The notes: generated by a model from the letters alone, not told the origin. Shown: positions 13,301 to 23,990, counted from the whole stretch's first letter. The stretch: DNA of 63,240 nucleotides, filler included, from Diploschistes diacapsis (GCA_023645945.1; 24 parts of 24 records of this genome joined end to end with filler, not necessarily neighbours in it); one strand, 5' to 3'. Numbers and translations are program-made.

Positions 13301-14263
13301 TCTGCAGTCAACTTCGTTATAAGGTCGGCGAGGTTTGGGGGGATTCCGAGTCTCAAGATCAAACTTTTCATTCACCTTCCTCCGGCTCAGAGCTTATTCT
13401 AGTCAACATTCTTATGCGAGACTGCAAACCCACCGTACTTCCCAGCTTCAATGCTCTCCACAGAATCTTCGTCGATCCCTGCTATGAGACGAGCATATAT
13501 AGTGCCGTCTACAACGGAGACTTTGAAATGACGAGAAGATTCGGGATTCCAGCAACGTCCAAGTATCTAGAGACATACTAAGGAGCCTCGTCAAGATAGC
13601 TTGGACCGCCTAAGAATAAATTGCTTTCCGGGGAAGAAAGGTTTCAGGCCGCTTGGAATACACCAAACGGGTTCTGGAATACTTGGTGCAGAAATATGAG
13701 CAGGAGTTTAATCGAGTCAAAACGCAGGTAACTTTGACGAAGATCAATACAGACAAGCAAGAGTTGGCAAATGGAGAGTGATGTCGAACGGGAGCTGGTC
13801 TGGATGGAAGTTTCATTCACTCCGGCAATTTACCTTGTTCCGGCCTTGTTGTTTTCCTGGTGCTTTTCTTATACCGCTGTTTTACTACTCTAGCGTAATA
13901 CCGTTTCCGACTTCTTGGTTGGGCCTGTCCGTTGTTCTGATCTGTCTTACCATGTCCTATCTTACTACGCTTTTGACTAGCGTATCGTCCTCTGTTTAGC
14001 TTCACCTTCCAGAACTCTGGTCTCTTGCTTTCCCGGTTACTGTCAATATTTTGATGCGCTGCTCATTGTTCCGCAAAATGGCAGCCATTCAATTGGGCTT
14101 CGCGCTCTTCATACCGCAATCAGGGATGCTGGAATACAGCTCTTGGAATCTGAGCATCCGCCTTATGGTTTGGGTGTGTATTCTGACATCGTACGTCTCT
14201 TTCAGCCGTTACAGGGCAAGGATAATTATAAGCATTATGGTCATTGTAACACTCCAAAAGTAA
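10336..14263 (+). pseudogene. Protein kinase + Sel1-like + ankyrin repeat protein with hydrophobic multi-pass C-terminus; pseudogene
   Basis: Kinase subdomains in order: LGQDSVYFV, VAYKLP, EMRILCHPSIKNHTNIARLLGVAW, IVVIEKATHGSL, HADIKTENVLI (11130), ACDFSHS, VWCWGMLLW. Sel1-like AVQLVLCYIAGFGIERS. Ankyrin-like AVECGDIESVALLLRRG, DTSLHRAV, FTAIHLLAAYG, ATPLHW. Hydrophobic in-frame stretch 13778-14263 with one stop. Many frameshifts and stops. Confidence 0.75.
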
Positions 14264-16536
14264 AAGCAGATACAGTTTCCAGTGGCGATGACCTGAGGCT
14301 GCATACTGAGGCAGTAATGTTAATTCTATAAATGCGTGAGGTGGGCCCAATTCATTTATCATAAACATTTAGATATATGATGTCTACTTCAGGAGCACCC
14401 TGGCTGCATACTGTTGCAAGCAGACTTGAAGCAGTTATTCAACTAACACCATCAAAAGCGCGATGATTGTGAAGTTTGACTTTGGCTCAAGCCCGGATTT
14501 TCTTTCCAAAAGAATTTCTTCTGCCTGTCTTCAAGGAAACAGATAGATCAATTTCGGCGGAAATTCTATAAACCAACGAATGCATTAGAGATTAGAATAA
14601 TCACAACGCGGATAAGAATAATAGCCAGAACTGCAAAGAAATATTGATATGGAAGTCCCGCCGACAACAGCTAGGAACGGCGGACTGCAACCATCTTATA
14701 CGTGATCAGGATGGCCTGGACAGAGTGCAGTCAAACGAGCACGAAATGTAGGGACCTCGTTGTTGACTATGGTCGAAACATAAACCCATTCCTATGTGAT
14801 GGCGAGCAGGCTGGACAGAGAGGAATCTGGTGCCGCCAGAACTTTGCAGGAGTGCGCACCATAAAAAGCAGGCGCCTTTGCACCAAAAAATTTCTGTGAG
14901 AGGACATGCTGAGCCAGCCTTTGTTCTGGGTGTAACTTTGTAGCTGGTGTCAACATGCTAGTGCTGACGGTCGCCATCTGGTACTGGCACATGAAGTTAC
15001 CTACCGTTCGACTTCTCGACCATCTTCTATCGACCATCGGCCTGAGAACGGAATCTTTTCCCGTGACTTATCTTATGCAGAGTGTCAAATACCGACTCGA
15101 AGCGGGATTGGTTGTGTTGGTCGATCTCTCCAATCCAAGTGTCCCTAGCTATTGAGAATAGAGGCTTTTGGGCTGACCACGCTAAAAGCCCAGCCGTGGA
15201 GATGTTGTGGTTCATTGAAGAAAGCGCTTGTATACAGTTATCCATAAGATCAAGATCCCATTGAGTCCTATCCGAATCATGAAAACCGGGCGTTGTTACT
15301 TCTTAAGAGCGTTTGGTTAGTTTGGATATTTCGCATTTCTGAATTCTTGATGTTTCTGGGTATGGTACCTAAAATCATGTTATTAGATGAAAAATTTTGC
15401 TAGTAGGTAACGTAGCCTGAGCTACCATGACTAAATGATTTCTTGATGTTCTCTCTCCTTCCGACGTAAGATGGATCATCTTAACGGAGATGCGTTCTGC
15501 ACGATCCTGCGAGTGGGGTATAGTCGCCGAGAGTGCCTCCTCTGCCGGGTAAGATATTGGCCAGTCTGAATGGAATACTGAAGAAACATTTCAATTCGAC
15601 TGTGATTTATCCTAGCCGGGTGCACAGCCCTCATGATGTTGTTGAAATGTTAGCTCGCCTCACTTCCTTTTCTGGGGATGCAGCAAAGAGTATAAATGGA
15701 GCTAACAAGTCGAACATGCCACCGATAGAAGGCTTGTAGTTAGTTAGTTAGTTAGTCAGCTGTCATCGACCTCAACGCCCAAACGCCTCGCCAAGTCTCT
15801 CTCCCTCAATTGGCCATGTTTCTCCACCATCCACCTTCTTTTCAGCTCTACATGTCTAGCTTGAAAAGCAAGTCGCCCAATCCAGCTAAACTCGAACCCA
15901 ACCTTGAAGCTGGTACCATCCCATTCCCCCCCTCTCTTTCCCACTTCAAGACCGAGTCCGAGTCCAAGTCCAAGTTCAGCTTGTTCGCTCCTCGATTCTG
16001 CACCTTTTGACGGCCCCTTCCCCCTCTGGAGCTCGGATCCCGCGCCATTCATGGCCTGTAGGGTCGGAATCGTTTCCGGTGGCCTGCACAACCTGCTTGA
16101 GATATATCGCTTGGCCTGCAGGCTGGGGCATCTAGGCAGACACGGGTTGACCGATGGGAGGATGGGATGGGGATGCTTTCGGCTTTATGCCGTGGCTTTT
16201 TGCCCCCTTCCTGCGAGATTGACAGGTCTCGAGAGGGTGGGCCCATCTACGTGATGTGATATAAACTAGTTAGGAGGAGCTTTCGTGGAGGAGCCCATGC
16301 GCTACTGGGACTAGGTGGTTCTTTTTTCTTCTTTCGTGTGCTGTTGCCCGCCGCGGTCGCGTGCTGATTGTTTCTTCTTCTACCTTTTTCCTCTTCTGCA
16401 GAAAGCACTTGTTCTTGAGCATACCAGGTTTTTTTCTTTCTTTTTTCTTTTTCGAACCGATACAACGCGCCACCATCATCGTGAATTGTTCAAAGTACCC
16501 TACGGCCAAGCATCGACAGCCACCCCTTCCGCAAAA

Positions 16537-18646
16537 ATGGAAGAGCCCCTCAACCCGCCACCCACCGGCCCAAACTCTCCTTCGCAACCCGCCGCTCCCC
16601 CTGCCGCCGCCGCACGCAGAGGCATCATCTCGCCCATCCGCTTCCAATCCTTCCGCTCGTCCTCCTTCCCCTTCGCCTCCCCCGTCGAAGCCTACACCCG
16701 CCACCAGCGCGAGGCCCACAACTCGCTCCGCCCGCCCCTTCTGCGCCCCGACTCCGTCATCCCCAAGAAGGCGCACAACGCAAACTACACCTCGGCCCAC
16801 GCCATTTCCGCGGCGGACAAGCTCGGCAACTTCCGCCGCCTGGTGGGCATCGACAGCGCGGAGGCCCACACGGTCTGGGGCAAGTACAACCGGCCGGCCG
16901 AGGTACGTCTGTTGCAACGAGTTGGGAGAGCGGTTACTTGCTTGTGTAGTTGGTTGGGATGTTGTGCTAACGGGATGATACGCTTTGCGCTAGAATGTGG
17001 GCATCTACATGCATACCGTGCGCGAGGAGGTGCACGCCAGAGCGCAGTACAAGCGGTTTTCCATCCTGATCAACTGCTCGCTGGGCTTCCAGATCATCAT
17101 CGCTGCCGCTCTGACGGCGCTGGGAGCGGGGGGCGGGCCGAGGGAGGCTGTTACGACTTTCGGAGCCATTAACACGGTACGTCCTTGAAACCCGATTCCC
17201 GAAGAGCAGAATAAGGAAGCATGCTGAAGCGAGCCCGCAGATCATGGCCGCCATCCTCACATTCCTCAAAGGTTCCGGCCTGCCGAACCGGGAGAAATAC
17301 TATTCGAACGAATGGGCAAAGCTGCGCGAGTACATCGAGCAGCGGGAACGCGACTTCGAACGCGAGGGCTGCCTGCTGGACGTGGACGAAGAAGTGCGGA
17401 AGATAGAGGCCATGTACAACGAGGTCAAGCAGGACGTCGAGGCCAACACGCCGGACGCCTACACGAGCGTTACGCAGGCGAAGAAGCTTGCGGCCGCCGC
17501 TGCTAGCCAGGCTCAGGGGCATGAAGGGGTGACGGAGAAGGGCAACATGAGCAGCAGCAGTACCAGAAATTCTGGTATGAACGGCAATAGTGGCGGCGTC
17601 GAAGGGGGCGTGCACCCCACGGCACTAGCCTCAGCCATAGGCCCGAACCTTGAAGCCGGTACCTACCCTCCTTTCACAGGCCTCGGCGCGGGTCCAGCCA
17701 GCGGTATTGGCCTCGGGTCCGGCCCCGCAGGCGGAACCACTATCCCTCCTCCTACCGCCCCCTCGACTTTGCGCCCTCAAGCTGCTTCCTACTCCAACCC
17801 CTATCCCCAGCCCCAGCAACCGCACCACGAAGGCTCCTCCCTCGGCAAATCGGCCGACGGAGCGAACGGCGGCAACACCAACACCACCGTCGGCCTCGCA
17901 GGCCTAGCAAGGAACCTAGGCAGCGACCGAGCAAGCCACGTCCTGGACTCAGTGAACCGGCTGAGCCACAAGCTGGGCGCTGACGGGCTGGTCGATTGGC
18001 TGCGGCATCTGGAGCACTCGCACCCGCACTCGCGCGACCGCGACGGTGGCGATGGGAATCTACCGAATCCAGCGCGTGCTTACGTTGCTGAAGGGGCGGC
18101 AGGTGCTGAGGTGGAAAGAGCGAGGAGTATGGGGAGGGAAGTCGGGTTTGCAGGCGAGCGCATGGTTCGCGAAACGGCTGGGTACGTGGGTGCGGAGGTT
18201 AGCAGGGAAGGAGAGAGGCTGGTGGAAGCGGAGGTTAGCAGGGAAGGGGAGAGGCTGGTGGAAGCGGGGAGGGAGGCGGAGACGAGGGCGGATCGGCTGG
18301 TGAGGGAGGCGGAAGGGCAGGCGAGATATCGGGCGAGCCAGGTACGCCAGCGAGTGGATGGTGCGCGAGGCGAGGCGAGCCAGCAAGTGGGCAGAGCGAG
18401 GGATGAAGCCTATCAGCAAGCGGATAGGATGAGAACAGAGGCGGAAAGAGTGAGGGACGAAGCGAGCCACCAAGCAGATAGGATGAGAGCGGAGGCAGAT
18501 AGGGTAAGGAGCGAAGCGGAGAGGACGCGGCACGGAGTTTCGGCCGCGCTGGGAAGAGTCAGGAGTCAGGGCGAGGGGTACTTTTCGCACGTGTCGGCCG
18601 GGTTGGAGGGCCAGGCGAGGCGATTGCGGGAGGCGGGGGCTAGGGC
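16537..18646 (+). CDS. SLATT (SMODS- and SLOG-associating 2TM effector, fungal type) domain protein with long repetitive C-terminus; 3'-truncated at gap
   Basis: Exons 16537-16902, 16994-17176 and 17241-gap, with GT-AG introns. Spliced NVGIY...YKRFSILINCSLGFQIIIAAALTALGA...VTTFGAINTIMAAILTFLKGSGLPNREKYYSNEWAKLREYIEQRERDF is the typical fungal SLATT signature. Confidence 0.88.
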
Positions 18647-18746
18647 NNNNNNNNNNNNNNNNNNNNNNNNNNNNNNNNNNNNNNNNNNNNTTAATTAATT
18701 AANNNNNNNNNNNNNNNNNNNNNNNNNNNNNNNNNNNNNNNNNNNN
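18647..18746. other. Artificial contig linker (44 N + TTAATTAATTAA + 44 N); 23 identical linkers in the window
   Basis: The same 100-bp spacer, with stop codons in all six frames, separates every contig (e.g. 19825-19924, 30416-30515, 49145-49244, 62067-62166). Confidence 0.98.
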
Positions 18747-19374
18747 AATTATAACTTATTAATCTTATAACCGTGTTTAATAAACTTTATTCGACTTATC
18801 GGACATTTTTACTTACATTTTATAACCCTTTTTTAACCTCGAATCAATTCGATTTGGATTTATTTTTATTATATAATTCTTTACCAAATACGACCGAACT
18901 GCGAAAGGCCAATAAAGAGTTTAATCAGGCGTTACGAGCCGTTCTAAAACTGGTTAACCCGATTCGACGTTATTCGAATTAAATAATCCGTATATTTAAA
19001 CCGACGTATATTAAGCTTATAACGTTTCGTAAAGAAAACCGAAAGCAAAAAACGCTTCTTAATAATCGTAAAAAACGTAAATTAGACAAACGAATCGAAT
19101 TAAAAGATCGTTTTATATTTAGCACAAACGAAATTCTTAAAATAGCAGTTCGGGCTGAATCGAATCGAATAGTTTCGAAACGACCTACAACGCGTAAAAA
19201 ACATCGTCGCGTTTCTAAAATCGAGAAGAATAAAGAAGAAGAAGATAGATTCGATTTAGATCGATTAGATTCTAATTGCGACGAACAGGTTGTATCTAAA
19301 AACCGTAGAATATTAGCAGTAGTGATTTGAGGTAGCCGGAATCTGGGGGTGGCCGAAATCCGCGTGAAACACGT
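18747..19374 (+). mobile_element. pogo/Fot1-type (Tc1/mariner) DNA transposon family F: RIP-mutated transposase C-terminus and right TIR
   Basis: Translation ...TELRKANKEFNQALR...RKENRKQKTLLNNRKKRKLDKRIELKDRFIFSTNEIL. Ends in GGTAGCCGGAATCTGGGGGTGGCCGAAATCCGCGTGAAACACGT followed by TA. Confidence 0.8.
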
Positions 19375-19520
19375 TATTATTAATAAATATTAAATAATTA
19401 TTATTGTATAATTAAACGGAAGATATAATTATAAGGTCGACTCGTTTTAAAAAACTTATTAAAAGAATTCGAGAAATTTAGTTAAACAAAGTTATCGAAG
19501 TTCAATTAATTTAATTTAAT

Positions 19521-19704
19521 TGTTGAGCAGGCAGGCAGAATGCATGGCTGGGAGGTTCAGCTGAACCCACTTGGGTTCCTGCTAATCCGGATTGGGAGTA
19601 GCGCAAGCCTGTAGGGCTTAACGGATCTCATAGGTATAAAAACTTGCATATAAGTTATTCCTTTTAAATAAATCTTTAGACTTCAATATATTCGTTATAT
19701 TAGA
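19521..19704 (+). repeat. Copia-family LTR (family A)
   Basis: Starts TGTTGAGCAGGCAGGCAGAATGCATGGCTGGGAG; homologous to LTRs at 29971, 54368-54583, 55747, 60409-60627 and 61487. Confidence 0.75.
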
Positions 19705-19924
19705 AAAAAAAAAGATATTAAGATTTAATTTAATACTAAACCTATACTTTTGAAATTACGGAAATATTTCGATATAAATTATAAAAAAACAAGTTAGATC
19801 GAAAGTTTACGTATAAATATATATNNNNNNNNNNNNNNNNNNNNNNNNNNNNNNNNNNNNNNNNNNNNTTAATTAATTAANNNNNNNNNNNNNNNNNNNN
19901 NNNNNNNNNNNNNNNNNNNNNNNN

Positions 19925-20455
19925 ATATTTATTAACGGGTAAAAGTCTTCCGGTATAAGCCGTATAAGACGTTATATTTTTTTCGGCTACCGTCCGTATT
20001 TTAAAAAGAAATCATATTAGATTTTATTATAGAATTACCTTTTAGCAAGAACGTAACAGAGGTTGTCGACGCGATCCTAATTATAATAGATGGATATACC
20101 AAAATAATAAAATATATCGTTATAATTAAATCGCTGACGTCCGACGGGTTAACGACGATTGTCTTACGAGATGTTATTTTGAAATATAGCGCCTTCGATG
20201 GCATTATATTCGATTAAAGATCGATATTAACGAGCTAATATTGATTTTAATTTTACCGTGTTATATAGACGAGATAGCGTTTAAGTACCGCTTTTTATCC
20301 GTAATTTAACGGGTAGATAGAGCGTTAAAATTAAACGTTAGAATATTATTTCCGTATATTTTGTTGCGAGGGCTAAGATGATTAATTAGAATTATTATTA
20401 TTAATAAAATTTTCGTATAATGTTACGTATAATTCGACGATTAAAATAATCTTAT
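19925..20455 (+). mobile_element. Ty3/Gypsy integrase core, RIP-degraded
   Basis: LDFIIELP...DAILIIIDGYTK...DGIIFD*RSILTS...RLSTAFYP*FNG*IER*N*TLEYY: the DDE region with stops produced by C>T/G>A changes. Confidence 0.85.
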
Positions 20456-21001
20456 TGTAAGGCCAAGCAAGGAGCATGCCAATAGTCGGACAAGCGGCAC
20501 TCAGGGTCTTGGCTTGCGGGTACTTGAAAGGGGATTTTGCCCTTCTTATTCTTTCCTTTTCTTTAGTAATAAGTCTTAGCATGAATATGCTCTGCGTATA
20601 ATCATCTTATTATATTATCGTATTTCATCCTTTATAGTTCTAATTATTCTATCTTTTTTAAGAACGACGATCTAACAAGATAACACGTTCTTCGCAACGT
20701 ACACGCAGGGCAAATTCACGCAATTAAATTAAAATAAAAGAAAGTGAAGGAAAAGAAAGAAGTGAACGATCTAAAATTATTTCATTTGATGAAAAAAATT
20801 CAGATCATATCGAGTAATAAGAACGAGACTCGTAGTCTAAAGGCAAAGTATTAGCAGGCGAGTCGTTAGAATAAAAAGATAATTTCGAATCTATATTAAG
20901 AAATATATCAGAAAGAGTGAAAAACATACTATTAAAAATGAGATAAGATATGAAATTTAAAGAAAGCTAGGTAGGAACGGCGAGAAAAGATGCTTTTGTC
21001 G
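20456..21001 (+). mobile_element. LTR family B 5' LTR (20456-20636, 181 bp) plus internal leader, inserted into a Gypsy integrase
   Basis: TGTAAGG...CTTTA(C/T)A termini. The same LTR and the same downstream sequence occur at 58981-59718. Confidence 0.82.
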
Positions 21002-21101
21002 NNNNNNNNNNNNNNNNNNNNNNNNNNNNNNNNNNNNNNNNNNNNTTAATTAATTAANNNNNNNNNNNNNNNNNNNNNNNNNNNNNNNNNNNNNNNNNNN
21101 N

Positions 21102-22178
21102 CCTCTCACCTCCCATCTTTACTAACGCCATCTTCATCTTCATTCATTACCTCCTACAATAGTAATACATTACTATTGTACTCAGCATTATTTCCCTAGT
21201 CATTACTTGCCTATTTAGTCACCACACTTCCACTTTCAACAAGTCGGAATATATTTATCTTTATAAATATCTTTAACGATTGCTCGAGATCAATCTATAT
21301 TCGTTTACTTTATCATCAGATAGCAGTCTTTTTAGAGATCAGTACAGACCTATAACCGATCTATTTCTTCTCTTTCCATACTCCTCTTCTACCAGAGACC
21401 AAACCCACCTTAATCAATACCTCGTGTCTACGTTGTAGAGATAGAGATTATAACACTAAATCCTAAATCTTTTTCTATATTTTCTTCCGAGGCTTCACTA
21501 TTTTCTTCCAACTTCGGTCCAGGTTCCGACTACAAAATATCTTTATAGGATCGCTAACAAAAGCTTTCAATCTTCTTTCAGCAAAAATTCCATTAAGGAC
21601 CGTACCATTCAGTTCGATAAACTTGTATATTAACTTTTATGATTTACGTAGGTCATCCGGTAAAAACCGAGCTATTAAAAATTCAGTAACTTTTTAAAAT
21701 AAAACGAGATAATAAAATAAAACAAAAATCTAAAACAAAATAAAGGTTTTTATTAAAAAAAAACTTATTTTTATTGCTATATAGAATAGAATGGATTTTA
21801 TTAATCGAGATGGAAGTTATTACGTAAACGATATTATTATAAAATGATATTTATAACCGGGCCGATCTTTTGGCGGCAAGAATAAGATAACTAGAAAACC
21901 GTAATGAAAATATAAAGGAAATTTTTATTAAAATAGTACGACGGAAGGGTTAAATGATCGATTTACGTTATAAAGGTATTTATACGAAGGTCTATTTCTT
22001 TTATATTAGAAATCTTGTATTATTTTATAATAATAGATATTAGAAGGATTATTCCGTATCGAGAAAGTTGAATTTTTAATAGCTCGGTTTTTACCGGATG
22101 ACCTACGTAAATCATAAAAGTTAATATACAAGTTTATCGAACTGAATGGTACGGTCCTTAATGGAATTTTTGCTGAAA
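21102..22178. mobile_element. Gypsy integrase C-terminal (GPY/F-type) remnant arranged as a fold-back
   Basis: Plus strand ...RNLVLFYNNRY*KDYSVSRKLNF**LGFYRMTY.../YKFIELNGTVLNGIFAE. Bases 22069-22178 are the exact reverse complement of 21576-21685. Confidence 0.6.
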
Positions 22179-22972
22179 NNNNNNNNNNNNNNNNNNNNNN
22201 NNNNNNNNNNNNNNNNNNNNNNTTAATTAATTAANNNNNNNNNNNNNNNNNNNNNNNNNNNNNNNNNNNNNNNNNNNNGTCTATAATCGTGGTATATTAG
22301 GATTATATAATTCTTATTACGGCAGTTTTTTGGTTCGTAAAATTCCGCGTGGTTTAGATGTTTATATTTTCTTATACGATAAGTATTATGTACGAAGTAA
22401 AACTTTGTTATTATAATAATTCTTTTTATCGTTAATGGATCTGTTTTCGTTCGTTTTTCGTTGTATATATTAACCGGATATCTTTTTGTTTTACAGTCGT
22501 ATAAGAGATGATGATTTTCGTGTTTATTGTCGCGTAACATTTTTTTGTAGTATCGTTGGAATGTTACGTTAGTAATTAATTTTCCGTAAAGGACGTATGT
22601 TAGTGTTTCGTGTTTAACGTAATCGTATCCGAAGTTTCCGTATTTGTCGAAAAGTATATAATTTAAATATTTCCGATTATTGACGATAAGAGCTTTTTTT
22701 CGAAGGTATTTTTGTTTGTTTATAATTCTTTCTGGAGTATGAAACGCGTACGCTGTTTTTTCGCTTAAGTTAGTTTTTAAAGGTCCTCGAGTATTTGGTC
22801 TGGCGTTAAGGATTGGATCGTACGTTCAAGCCGATTTTCTATATTTCGTTGCATTTAGGTTCGGAATATCGTTGTTTTTCGAAATTTACGTAGTTAATGT
22901 TATAATCTGCGAAGGCGTGGTTTCGATATTTTTATTAATTAAATCGTCGGTGTCGCCTTACCAGGTTGTGGT

Positions 22973-23355
22973 TGTTACGATCCAAGTACCAGACTTGGCA
23001 CGTCCCAGCTTTGTATATAGGTTAGTCACGGGACCAGGGGTCACGTGATGCGTTCACTGCTCGCGCTTATTCTTGTGAGCGGCGAGCGGGTTTTCGCCAT
23101 CGCTCGATAGTCGCGCTCATTCTTGTAAGCGGCGAGTTTCGAAAGCACCGCTCGTTGAATTTATAGTAAACGGCGAGCGAATTAATTATATATAAACACG
23201 ATTCTATTTTCGTGAAAAAAAACGTGTTTATTTTTATAAATATTTTTAATTATTGTTCGGGATTAATTTATATTCGTTATTTTTATTATTAAAGAGTCTT
23301 TTTTTTAAAGATAGTTTAAGATTTATAATTGTTTTACTTTTTTTTTTTATTATAT
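22973..23355 (+). repeat. LTR family C (partial; ~455 bp when complete)
   Basis: Starts TGTTACGATCCAAGTACCAGACTTGGCACGTCCCAGC; reverse copies at 56296-56750 and 62481-62936. Confidence 0.82.
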
Positions 23356-23455
23356 NNNNNNNNNNNNNNNNNNNNNNNNNNNNNNNNNNNNNNNNNNNNT
23401 TAATTAATTAANNNNNNNNNNNNNNNNNNNNNNNNNNNNNNNNNNNNNNNNNNNN

Positions 23456-23989
23456 ATCTAAATTATAACTGAAAATAAAAAATAAAAGAAAAATTTAAAA
23501 AAATATAAAAACTATAAAGATATATCGGGATAAAGGATTTATTATTAATATATTTATTTTATAAAATTATTATATACTATAATTTATAAATACCCGTGAC
23601 TTATACACCCGCGTTTTACGCGTTAAGAGACCGATACCGGCCCGTATATTAATTAATCGAAATCGTACCGATAAAATTTTCGTTTTACGACGAGTACGTG
23701 CCCGTTATCCTTCCGCGGAATTAACGGAGATATATCGGGATCTTTACGGAAGTTTTTAAAAACGTGAACAACGGTTCTAGAAATTTAAAATAAAAAAAAA
23801 TAAAAAATTATAATAGATAACTGTAATAATCTTTCGGGCGAGTGAAGGAACTCAGTTCTAGCGCCGCGCCAAGGCCGTAGGTCTATATAAGAGGAGTTTT
23901 TATAAAGGGATCTCCTCTTTTCTTCTCTAGAGATTAGTTCATGAATACTATGACCATTACTATCACACTACTGCGTTTCATCCTTTATA
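23456..23989 (+). mobile_element. LTR family E: 3' internal sequence and LTR (23822-23989)
   Basis: TGTAATAATCTTTCGGGCGAG...CCTTTATA. The LTR and ~220 bp of upstream sequence recur inverted at 25123-25475. Confidence 0.65.
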
Positions 23990-23990
23990 A

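Noticed and set aside
5340..15750. Starship element call for the island
   Set aside because: No tyrosine recombinase (captain) gene or terminal direct repeats were identifiable.
5717..15750. Gasdermin, NACHT/NB-ARC or HET domain next to the caspase-like gene
   Set aside because: Looked for, but no P-loop or other recognisable motif was seen by eye. A degraded copy would need a profile search.
15737..15756. (TTAG)n run as a telomere repeat
   Set aside because: Short, internal and not TTAGGG; an ordinary microsatellite. The same applies to (GTAGAT)3 at 36601 and the GAGTC repeats near 4560.
18647..18746. Regularly spaced TTAATTAATTAA repeats as a biological array
   Set aside because: Always embedded in N-runs; an artificial six-frame stop linker.
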